Below are positions 56,218 to 64,000 of a stretch of 64,000 nucleotides of DNA, one piece after another (within the stretch, counting starts at the first letter, position 1; the number at the start of each line of letters is the position of its first letter). The position numbers and the translations under genes are program-made. Where the stretch lies: NCBI GenBank assembly GCA_025054695.1, contig JANWZI010000003.1, forward strand, positions 27,698 to 91,697, given 5' to 3'. Under the pieces are notes generated by a model, which made no database searches, was not told the DNA's origin, and saw only the letters and a program-made list of their open reading frames with translations. The stretch comes from Myxococcota bacterium (GTDB taxonomy: Bacteria; Myxococcota_A; Polyangia; Polyangiales; JANWZI01).

Positions 56218-57714
56218 ATGACGCGGGTCGGTGTCGGTGCTTCGACGTGGCTGACAATGGGCATGCTCGTGTTCGCATTCGGTTGCGGCGGGAGGGACGA
56301 CGGAGACCGGCGGATGCCGCGTTGCGGGGATCCTGGGGTCATCTGCGTCGACGGCGGACCCGACACCGGCCCTCCGACGGCCGACGGAGGCGGCACGGAC
56401 GCGCCGTCGGACTCGACCCGAACCGACACGGGGAGGCCCGACGCATCGGGCGGTTCGTGCGACATCGGCGAGCCGTGCACCTCGACGCGTGGTTGTCGGA
56501 TTTCGACCCGATGCGTGGACGAAATCTCGGACACCATCGGGGGAATGGGTGACGAAATCGTCGGGCACCCGTCGGGCGTGACGAGCATCCCGCAGACGCT
56601 CTTCACCGGAGGTTACTGCACGGTCGTCGGAATCGAGGGAATGGGCGGATGCACCATCGGAGACGATTCGACCTGCTGCGAGGGCGGCGGCGCCGTTTGC
56701 GCGAACGCAGGGACACAGATGGGGCGTCGCGTCACGTTCTGCGTCGCCGCGTGCAACCCGAGCACGACCTCGAATCCGTGCCGTGACACCTACGCGTGCG
56801 ATCTGGGGCTGCGTGGCTGCGTGCCGGGCTGCGCGACCGACGACGAATGCCGCATCTATCGCGCCGACACGAATCGCGATGGCCGCATCGAGGCCCCGGC
56901 CGCGGGCGCCATGGCGGTCGACCGGCTGACCTACGACACCGAGTCGCGCGCGACCTGCAACCGCACGACGTATCGTTGCGAGCATCCGGCGGGCCCGGGC
57001 ATGCCGCACGCGGGCATTCCGTGTGAGCGCGACAGCCAGTGCGAGGAGAACGGCGACTGCATCAGCGAGGCAGGTAGTGAGGGGGCGTGGCCCGGCGGCT
57101 ACTGCATCAAGTTCGGCTGCGATCTTCCGGGCGTGACCTGCGCGCGCGGTGGCCACTGCCAGGAGCGCAGAGTCGGTGTGCACGTCTGCTTGCAGGACTG
57201 CAAGGTCGCCGACCACGGAATGGGTGGCATGTTCGCGCCGCATGCGACGTGCCGCGCGGGCTACATGTGCGCATGGGATGGGGTGGGTGGTCCGTCGGCG
57301 ATGGTCAACGGCGGTTGCCTCCCGGGGAACTTCAACGACGTACGCACTCCCAACGTCGGCGCGGCGTGCGACGCCGACTCGGACTGTTACTCGCCGTTCG
57401 GGGCGGGCGGCTGCATCGAGCCGTGGGGTACCGAGGGCTACTGTTCGATCTTCGACTGCTCGGCGCCCGGATACCCGGCGGACATCTGTGGCTCCGGGGC
57501 CGTGTGCGTCGAAGTCGATCGGGAAACCTCGTTCGCCCTCTGTCTCGACACGTGCACCCGTGCGGAGGACTGCGGCATGGGCCTCGCGTGCGTCCCCATC
57601 GACATGACGGGCAGCATGCGCGTCTGCGCGCCCGCGTGCTCGATGGACAGCGAGTGCCGCATGGGGCAGCGCTGCGTGATCATGCCCGGCGAGATGGTCG
57701 GCGAGTGTCGCTGA
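56218..57714 (+). CDS. Cysteine-rich secreted lipoprotein (hypothetical)
   Basis: ATG 56218, preceded by GGAGGA, within track ORF 56194..57714. It has the lipobox MLVFAFGCGG. About 50 Cys occur in recurring motifs (GGYC..FGC / GYCSIFDC, C..DSDC / C..DDEC / C..DSEC). Confidence 0.75.
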   Translation: MTRVGVGASTWLTMGMLVFAFGCGGRDDGDRRMPRCGDPGVICVDGGPDTGPPTADGGGTDAPSDSTRTDTGRPDASGGSCDIGEPCTSTRGCRISTRCVDEISDTIGGMGDEIVGHPSGVTSIPQTLFTGGYCTVVGIEGMGGCTIGDDSTCCEGGGAVCANAGTQMGRRVTFCVAACNPSTTSNPCRDTYACDLGLRGCVPGCATDDECRIYRADTNRDGRIEAPAAGAMAVDRLTYDTESRATCNRTTYRCEHPAGPGMPHAGIPCERDSQCEENGDCISEAGSEGAWPGGYCIKFGCDLPGVTCARGGHCQERRVGVHVCLQDCKVADHGMGGMFAPHATCRAGYMCAWDGVGGPSAMVNGGCLPGNFNDVRTPNVGAACDADSDCYSPFGAGGCIEPWGTEGYCSIFDCSAPGYPADICGSGAVCVEVDRETSFALCLDTCTRAEDCGMGLACVPIDMTGSMRVCAPACSMDSECRMGQRCVIMPGEMVGECR

Positions 57715-57888
57715 CGTCGTCGCGTCCGTTCCAGCCGATCCCGGCGAATCCACCTGGGATGACGTGACGTGCCGTCACACCGGGTGGCCGTGGTTCGCCG
57801 TCGCCAGGTACCCGGTGGCACCGCCGTCGAGCCTCGGCCGGGAACACCGAGCTCGATCGGAGTTGGATGACGTGGGTCGCGGGCACCG

Positions 57889-57990
57889 GTTCGGACTCGG
57901 GCTCGGGCTCGAGCTTGGACACGGGCTCGGAGACGGTCCGCGACTCCCGCTTTGTCGGGGACTCGGATGGGTCGGGATCCGAGACAGGCG
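57889..57990 (+). repeat. Hexamer-periodic intergenic repeat array R14
   Basis: GACTCG/GGCTCG units that become degenerate toward the right. It lies between the stop at 57714 and the ppsR start at 58093. Confidence 0.75.
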
Positions 57991-58092
57991 TTCGTGCCCT
58001 GCGCCAGCCGCTGACCCGAGTCGGAGTGGGCCGAGGCCGTCTCGACCCCACCTTGACGCGCGTGGAGTCGAGGGGGAAAAGGGCCGCGCCGG

Positions 58093-58926
58093 ATGGAGCA
58101 GAAGTCCATCTTCGTCGTCAGCGACTCGACCGGCGAGACGGCCGAGCGGGTCGTGCGCGCGGCGCTGCTCCAGTACCCCTCGCACCGGGTACGCGTGCGC
58201 TTGTTCACGCGGGTGCGCGACCGATCGGCCGTGGAAGACGTCCTCGGGAAGGCCGCCGAGGCGGGGGCGATGGTCGTCTTCACCATCGTCGCACCGGAGC
58301 TTCGCAACTTCGTGCACGAACGTGCCGCTCAGCGGGGCGTCGAGGCGGTGGACGTCATCGGAGGACTCATCCACAAGGTGGGCAGCTTCCTCGAGGCGGT
58401 TCCGCTCAACATGCCCACGGCCACGCTTCCCCTGAGCGAGGAGTATTTCCGTCGGGTCGAGGCGATCGAATTCGCGGTCAAGAGCGACGACGGCAAGGAG
58501 CCGCGCAACCTGCGACGAGCCGATCTCGTGCTCACGGGCGTCTCACGCACGAGCAAGACACCGCTGTCGACCTACCTGGCCGGCCGGGGACTGCGCGTCG
58601 CCAACGTTCCCCTCGTGCTGGGCGTGCCCCCGCCCCGCGAACTCTTCGAGGTCCCCGACGAACGAGTCATCGGGCTGACGATCGATCTCGACAAATTGCT
58701 CGAGATCCGACGCCAACGCCTCGTGCAGCTCGGAATGCCGCCGGACACGGCCTACGGCCTGCGCGAGCACGTGCGCAGCGAGCTCGAGTATGCGCACGAG
58801 ATCTTTCGCCAACATCCGGGATGGGCCGTCGTGGACGTCTCCGGCCGCGCGATCGAGGAGACGGCGACGATCATCCTCGAGATGTGGAAAGACCGCGAGG
58901 AACGGCGCGCCGCCCAGGGGGGGTGA
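58093..58926 (+). CDS. ppsR: Pyruvate, water/phosphate dikinase regulatory protein (PpsR/PDRP, DUF299 kinase-pyrophosphorylase)
   Basis: ORF track, 277 aa. Motifs are IFVVSDSTGETAE and the P-loop LVLTGVSRTSKTPLS. It is colinear with the family. No ppsA or ppdK gene is adjacent. Confidence 0.88.
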   Translation: MEQKSIFVVSDSTGETAERVVRAALLQYPSHRVRVRLFTRVRDRSAVEDVLGKAAEAGAMVVFTIVAPELRNFVHERAAQRGVEAVDVIGGLIHKVGSFLEAVPLNMPTATLPLSEEYFRRVEAIEFAVKSDDGKEPRNLRRADLVLTGVSRTSKTPLSTYLAGRGLRVANVPLVLGVPPPRELFEVPDERVIGLTIDLDKLLEIRRQRLVQLGMPPDTAYGLREHVRSELEYAHEIFRQHPGWAVVDVSGRAIEETATIILEMWKDREERRAAQGG

Positions 58927-59054
58927 GTGCAGCGGCCTGTTCGTGCCCCGCGATGACGTCGAACGGCGGGAAGCGTTTGCCGCACGCGACCACGCGCCTC
59001 GCGCAACGACGTCGCGCGCCCCGGAGCACGTCGGTCGCGCCCGACCGGTTCAAG

Positions 59055-59531
59055 TCATCCGCGCCGCTGCCCCGCGCCGTACGTGTCGCCGACGTTGGAG
59101 ACGATCGTCGCCACGATTCCGTCCGCCACGCGCAGCCTTCGAGACAGCTCGCGCGCGATGTTCATCACGAATAGCGCGTAGTCCTTCAGGTCGCGGCGGT
59201 ACAGCAGGCGATCGACGTCGTCAGCGCTCATCCGGACGAGCAGCGTCGGCGCCACAGCTCGCACGCTCGCCGAGCGCGGCTGCACGTCGACGACGGCCAT
59301 CTCCCCAAACCAGTCACCCGGACCGAGGAGCGCGACGCGCACCTCGCCTCCCGCGCGCGTGCCCTTGAGCACCTCGAGCTCCCCGCCGATCACGACGTAC
59401 ATGTCGCGCGCGAGGCTCCCTTCGCGGACGACGTACGCGCCCACCTCCGCCGCCTCGGTCGGCAGCTCGCGCGCGAGCACGGCGAGGGTCTCGTCCGACA
59501 GACCCCCGAACAGGCCGATGTCGCGCAGCAT
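59055..59531 (-). CDS. Cyclic nucleotide-binding domain protein (stand-alone cNMP sensor)
   Basis: ATG 59531 (or GTG 59576) within track ORF 59055..60104, 158 aa. It has FGGLSDETLAVLA and the phosphate-binding cassette GDWFGEMAVVDVQPRSASVRA. Confidence 0.8.
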   Translation of the reverse strand: MLRDIGLFGGLSDETLAVLARELPTEAAEVGAYVVREGSLARDMYVVIGGELEVLKGTRAGGEVRVALLGPGDWFGEMAVVDVQPRSASVRAVAPTLLVRMSADDVDRLLYRRDLKDYALFVMNIARELSRRLRVADGIVATIVSNVGDTYGAGQRRG

Positions 59532-59741
59532 CGACGCGTGGATGCGCGGGGAGGGATTCGGGAGCTCGGGGCTCACGTGGGGCCATGGTGACAGCCGCCC
59601 GTGGCCCGGCGCAAGGGCGTGCCCGCTCGACAAACGCCCCCGCATCGCCGCTCGGCCTGGACGACGCCGCGGACGCCGCGAAGCGCCCCCGTGCGCCCGC
59701 GCTTGTTCGGTCTCGTCGCCCGACGATAGGCTGAACCGGAA

Positions 59742-62264
59742 GTGGCCTCGCCGAGCGACGGCCTCGACCTGCCGCGTCCCTTCGGGCCCTACTCGCTCCT
59801 CCGTCGTCTCGCCGTCGGCGGAATGGCCGAGGTGTACGTCGCACGCGCGCGCGGCTTCGAGGGCTTCGAGAAGCTCGTCGCCATCAAGGTCATCCATCCC
59901 CGCTTCTCGGAGGACGAGCACTTCGTCCAGATGCTCGTCGAGGAGGCGAAGATCACGAGCCTGCTGACGCATGGGAACATCGTGCAGACGTTCGACCTCG
60001 GGTGCGTCGACGGCGTCTACTACATCGCGATGGAGTACGTCGAAGGCGTCGACGCCTACCGCATGGTCCGGACGGCGCGCCATGCCGGTGTGCCGATCCC
60101 CCACGACGTGGCCGCGTGGATCGTCGCCCAGGTGTGTCGAGGTCTAGACTACGCACACCGCAAGCGCGATTCGACCGGGCGGCCGCTCGGGATCGTGCAC
60201 CGCGACATCTCGCCCCAGAACGTCCTGCTGTCGTTCGCGGGCGAGGTGAAGATCGTGGACTTCGGGATCGCGAAAGCCGCACTGCGGTCGGGCGAAACCG
60301 AGGTCGGGGTCATCAAGGGCAAGTACTACTACATGTCCCCCGAGCAGGCGTGGGGCGACCCCGTGGATGCGCGCAGCGATTTGTTCTCCGCAGGCGTCGT
60401 GCTCCACGAGCTGATCACCGGACGGATGCTCTACGAGGACGACAACATCGCCACGTTGCTCGACCGCGTCCGCAAGGCGGACGTCGAATCGCCGAGCGTG
60501 CGGCGTCCGGACACGCCCCCCGAGCTGTGCGACATCACGTTGCGCGCGCTGCGGCGTTCACCGGACGAGCGCTTCGCGTCGGCTCGGGACATGGCCGATG
60601 CCTTGGAGCGCTTCGTCTACGCGACGAGCCCATCGTTCACGCAGTCGCGGCTCTCCGAGCTGCTCGCGCACCTCTATCCGGGCGAGGGCGGTCGCCCGGG
60701 CCCGCTCGCCGTGCCGACGACCCAGACACGCCCGGTGCGTGCCCCTGTGGCCGCGCGCGGCATCGCGCCACCGCCACCGCAAACGGCTCCGGTACGAATC
60801 CTGGCCGACCTCGACGAGCCCGACGACGAAGAGACCCGCGCCGACGTCTCGCCGTTCGGCCAGCACGCCAGCGAGCACGCCGCTCCGGTTGACGCCACGG
60901 GCACACAGACGTCGACCGCCCCCGTCGCACGTCCCGATCCTGGGTTCGAGGAAGAGCCGACGCTCATCGCGGACTCGACGCACGCACCTTCCGGCGAACC
61001 GTCGGGCAATCGTGCAACCGAAACCGGATCGTGGGAGGACGACGCCACGCTCGTGGGAACGGGAGTCCAGCGTTCCGATCGCGCGGGACGCGCGTCGCGC
61101 CCAGGCCCCGTCGCCGCCCCGGTCGCACCCTTCGTTCCGAGCTCGCCGACCCACGTCGCCACCGCGGCCGGGACCGGCCCGACCGCGCGAACGCGACCAG
61201 GCAGCGTTCCTCCTCCCAAACCGGCGGTCCCGCTCGGCACAGCACGCTTGAGGCCGCCACAGCACGGCCCCGCCACGGTACGGAGCCAACCCCCGGCTGC
61301 CACGGCCGGCGGTGCGGTGTTGCCGGACGCGGAGCGCGCGTCGCAGGGCGCCGCGTTCGATGCGCCCGTCCCGTCACGGCAGCCTCCCTCCGCAGACAGT
61401 TCATCCAGCTCGAGAGCCGCAGTCGCGCACGGCGCCGCATCGCGAACACCCACTGCGGACCGCTCGACCCGAGTGCAGCATCCGCACGGGACGGCCGACG
61501 CTTCCTCGAGAGCCTCTGCCACGGGCTTCGCGTCGCCGACACCCGCGCACCCGCCCCAGCGGCATGCAACGACCGACGCCACGCCATGGATCGAACCCGC
61601 ATCGAGCTCCGCCCATGCCCGTAGCGCGCCGATGCCCAGCGGCGCCGTGCTCGCGAGCGCCACGCCGCGATCCGTCGATCCCCCACCGAGCCTACAACAG
61701 GGTTCCGTGCCGCTCACCGGAGGCTTCTCGGCGGTCCGGCCCCCGCGCTCACGTCTTATCGCCTGGCTGCTCCTGGCCGCCGTCGCCATCGTCGCCGTGG
61801 CGTGGGCTGCGTTCCGATTTCTGGGAGCCGACGCCGGACCCGTGCTCGAGGTGCTTTCCGTTCCACCTGGAGCCACCGTACGCCTCGACGGGGTCGAGGT
61901 CGCCGGCCGCACGCCTCTCGTCATTCGACACGGCCTCGAAGAAGGTCGACGACATCGCGTGGAGGTGCGACTCGAGGGCTTCGAACCGTGGACCGCGACG
62001 ATCCGGCCTGGCCATGGCACGTACCGTCAGATCGCCGTGCTCGCGCCGATGCGCGCGACAATGCGCGTCGAAACCGATCCGCCCGGCGCGCACGTATGGG
62101 TGGACGGCGTGCTATACGGGGTTTCTCCCCTCGACGTCCCCGGTCTGCCCCTGGGTCGTGAGGTCGAGGTTCGTGCGGTCCGCGCGGGCAGCGGCGAGGC
62201 CCGGGCGCGGATCCGCATCGAGGCGTCCGACCCCCGACCGACGTTACGGCTCGTGCTGCGGTGA
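59742..62264 (+). CDS. Ser/Thr protein kinase with a low-complexity linker, TM helix and two C-terminal PEGA domains
   Basis: ORF track, 840 aa (GTG start). Kinase subdomains are GGMAEVYVA, VAIKVI, the catalytic loop HRDISPQNVLL, DFGIAK and SPEQ. A TM helix is present (LIAWLLLAAVAIVAVAWAAF). The PEGA motifs are PPGATVRLDG and PPGAHVWVDG. Confidence 0.92.
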   Translation: MASPSDGLDLPRPFGPYSLLRRLAVGGMAEVYVARARGFEGFEKLVAIKVIHPRFSEDEHFVQMLVEEAKITSLLTHGNIVQTFDLGCVDGVYYIAMEYVEGVDAYRMVRTARHAGVPIPHDVAAWIVAQVCRGLDYAHRKRDSTGRPLGIVHRDISPQNVLLSFAGEVKIVDFGIAKAALRSGETEVGVIKGKYYYMSPEQAWGDPVDARSDLFSAGVVLHELITGRMLYEDDNIATLLDRVRKADVESPSVRRPDTPPELCDITLRALRRSPDERFASARDMADALERFVYATSPSFTQSRLSELLAHLYPGEGGRPGPLAVPTTQTRPVRAPVAARGIAPPPPQTAPVRILADLDEPDDEETRADVSPFGQHASEHAAPVDATGTQTSTAPVARPDPGFEEEPTLIADSTHAPSGEPSGNRATETGSWEDDATLVGTGVQRSDRAGRASRPGPVAAPVAPFVPSSPTHVATAAGTGPTARTRPGSVPPPKPAVPLGTARLRPPQHGPATVRSQPPAATAGGAVLPDAERASQGAAFDAPVPSRQPPSADSSSSSRAAVAHGAASRTPTADRSTRVQHPHGTADASSRASATGFASPTPAHPPQRHATTDATPWIEPASSSAHARSAPMPSGAVLASATPRSVDPPPSLQQGSVPLTGGFSAVRPPRSRLIAWLLLAAVAIVAVAWAAFRFLGADAGPVLEVLSVPPGATVRLDGVEVAGRTPLVIRHGLEEGRRHRVEVRLEGFEPWTATIRPGHGTYRQIAVLAPMRATMRVETDPPGAHVWVDGVLYGVSPLDVPGLPLGREVEVRAVRAGSGEARARIRIEASDPRPTLRLVLR

Positions 62265-63799
62265 CGCGACGCGGCGAGCCGGGACGGCGCGCGCGGCCTC
62301 GGACCCCTCGAAGCACGTCGCGGGTGTGCGTGCGTCCGCTCGCCGGGACGTACCATTCGACACGAGCCGGACCGGCACCGGCGTGGCGAGGGGTGCCACC
62401 GACCGCCGCGAGCAATACGATTCGGTTGAACGTGCCGCGCCGCGGACCGAGGACGATCGACTCGCTCGCGCTGGCGACGGGCGTGTCGGCGCTCGTCCAC
62501 GGAACACTGGCCCTCCTCGTGCTGCGGCTGCCCGATGCATCCGAGCAGGTCCGGCACATCGCGCGTACGCGACGTCCCGCCTCGCCATCCTCCGACATGA
62601 TCCTCCTAGAGCCCTTGGCGGGAGGCGAGGCGACTTCGTCACGCGCCACGCCCCAACGACTCGGAGCCCCGCCATCACCGCACAACCTCCGGACCCTGCA
62701 CCGCGGCCAGGGCGGCTGGCCCACCGAAGATGACGCGGTGCGCCTGGTCCCACGCGTCTCGGAACTGACGCTCGTCGATGGTCCCCTCGACAACCTCCGG
62801 GTCAGCCAGACGCAACGCATCCGAACGCACCAGACCCGCACGACGCCCGAGGATCGCCGTGCGACGCCGAATCCGTCCGACGAGCCATTCCTCGCATCCG
62901 GAACCGGCACGCATCGTGAGCGCCGATCCCCCTCGACGCTCGATGCACGCGACGGGGCCCCGCAGCCGCCGAGGCCCCCGATGCCTTGGGGGCTCGCATC
63001 GTCGGATTCGATGCGAACCACGGCGGATCGCGTGAATGCCACCGCGTGGGGTGCCGGACGGGAGACGGCGACGTCGAGTGCGTCGACACGGGGCGAGGCC
63101 GTCGCCACGACGCCACCCCTTGCGCCGATGCGCGAGGGCGCCCGTCGAGCCGTTCCCGAGTCCGGAATCGCCCGCGGTCGTGGAACGAGAGCGTGGATGG
63201 CGGCGCATGTGGCCCACGGCCGCCCCCCCGTCGACGAAGGGCGAGCTGCGGTGCCCGCGGATGCACTCGACGATCGGCCCCGCGACGAAACCGATGCCGA
63301 GCGGCTCGCCAGTCACCTGGTCGAGTCCTGGGTCGAGTCGAGCCGACGAGGGGGCGACCGGAACGGCGACGGACGAGGAGGGCGCGACGCGCCGGGAGCG
63401 CCCGGCGACGGTGCCGAGCCGCTCGAGGGCGGCGCGGCGGGACTGCATGCGCCGGGTCCAGGCCGCGACGGCGCGCTCGATACATCGGACCGGCGCTACG
63501 TGCGCTGGTTCTTGGAACAGCGGCGCCGCATCCTGGAGCGCCTTCGATTCCCACGCGAGCGCGCGCTCGCGCTGGATCAGGGCGTCAGCGTCTGGCTCGT
63601 CCACGTCCGCAGAGACGGATCGTTCGCGGGCAATCCGCGACTGCGACGCTCCAGTGGCTTTACCGACTTTGACATGGCCGCTCGCGACGCCATCGTCGCC
63701 GCCTCGCCGTTCCATCCACTGCCGCCCGATCTGGCGCCACAACGAGACGTGCTCGCGATCGTCATTCCGGTGCAGTTCAGCAATCCGATGGTGCGCTGA
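62261..63799 (+). CDS. TonB C-terminal domain protein (TonB-like, long disordered linker)
   Basis: ORF track, 512 aa. The GTG start overlaps the kinase stop (GTGA). It has a TM helix (LALATGVSALVHGTLALLVL). The C-terminus is YVRWFLEQRRRILERLRFPRERALALDQGVSVWLVHVRRDGSF...SSGFTDFDMAARDAIVAASPFHPLP, which matches the TonB_C pattern. Confidence 0.7.
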   Translation: MTRRGEPGRRARPRTPRSTSRVCVRPLAGTYHSTRAGPAPAWRGVPPTAASNTIRLNVPRRGPRTIDSLALATGVSALVHGTLALLVLRLPDASEQVRHIARTRRPASPSSDMILLEPLAGGEATSSRATPQRLGAPPSPHNLRTLHRGQGGWPTEDDAVRLVPRVSELTLVDGPLDNLRVSQTQRIRTHQTRTTPEDRRATPNPSDEPFLASGTGTHRERRSPSTLDARDGAPQPPRPPMPWGLASSDSMRTTADRVNATAWGAGRETATSSASTRGEAVATTPPLAPMREGARRAVPESGIARGRGTRAWMAAHVAHGRPPVDEGRAAVPADALDDRPRDETDAERLASHLVESWVESSRRGGDRNGDGRGGRDAPGAPGDGAEPLEGGAAGLHAPGPGRDGALDTSDRRYVRWFLEQRRRILERLRFPRERALALDQGVSVWLVHVRRDGSFAGNPRLRRSSGFTDFDMAARDAIVAASPFHPLPPDLAPQRDVLAIVIPVQFSNPMVR

Positions 63800-63942
63800 G
63801 GGTCGCATTCGCCCGACTCGACTCGAACCCACCCGGGGCATTGTCCTCGCGACCGACGGTTGCGTGCGGGCCACTCGCTCGCGACGCGGAGTCGCGTGAA
63901 GGGTAGCGATCGCGTTGGCCGATGTGACCGAGGAGTATTGAC

Positions 63943-64000
63943 AGTCCGAATCCGAGAGCGAGCCCGTGCCCGTGCCACTGTCCGCATCCGAATACAAGAC
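63943..64000 (-). repeat. Hexamer-periodic intergenic repeat array R15 (runs to the window edge)
   Basis: The + strand reads CAGTCCGAATCCGAGAGCGAGCCCGTGCCCGTGCC..., about 140 nt after the stop at 63799. Confidence 0.6.

Overview
Very GC-rich (about 70 percent by eye) bacterial chromosomal segment. Third-codon-position GC bias is so strong that nearly every real gene is shadowed by long spurious antisense or out-of-frame ORFs rich in Arg/Ala/Gly/Pro, so I called genes from recognisable protein families, signal peptides or lipoboxes, and start/stop coupling, not from ORF length. The gene content suggests a Myxococcota (Polyangia-like) genome, which is inference only: an AgmX/PglI-type C-terminal domain, a PEGA Ser/Thr kinase, a sigma54 enhancer-binding protein, many lipoproteins and TPR proteins, and Cys-rich secreted proteins. 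I support about 50 protein genes, one tRNA-Leu and a few promoter candidates. I saw no rRNA, CRISPR, transposase, integrase or prophage genes. Housekeeping genes are gspCD, purH, hemW, ccmAB, recO, aroQ-accB-accC, glnD, rplC-rlmE, mfd, HMG-CoA lyase, kynA and ppsR. They are interleaved with envelope and transport genes: an RND efflux operon, a TonB-dependent receptor, a TatT/DctP pair and a cation/proton antiporter. The most unusual signal is not a gene. It is a family of 15 imperfect, hexamer-periodic repeat arrays (units GRCTCG, or CGAGYC on the other strand), each 58 to about 350 bp. Fourteen lie entirely between the CDS I support; the exception, R13, is crossed only by the doubtful tail of a low-confidence ORF. 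They sit at tandem, convergent and divergent operon boundaries, occur in both orientations, and share sub-motifs and higher-order periodicity. Other items worth a second look are a near-consensus sigma54 promoter in front of gspC next to a sigma54 activator, and a tRNA-Leu whose anticodon loop reads AAG. There is also a repeat-containing secreted protein split by an in-frame TGA, a stand-alone rplC coupled to rlmE, orphan transporter sub-modules, and a Cys-rich/diiron island with a 0.7 kb gap holding a small, very basic ORF. Start codons marked as hand-refined are less certain than the stops.
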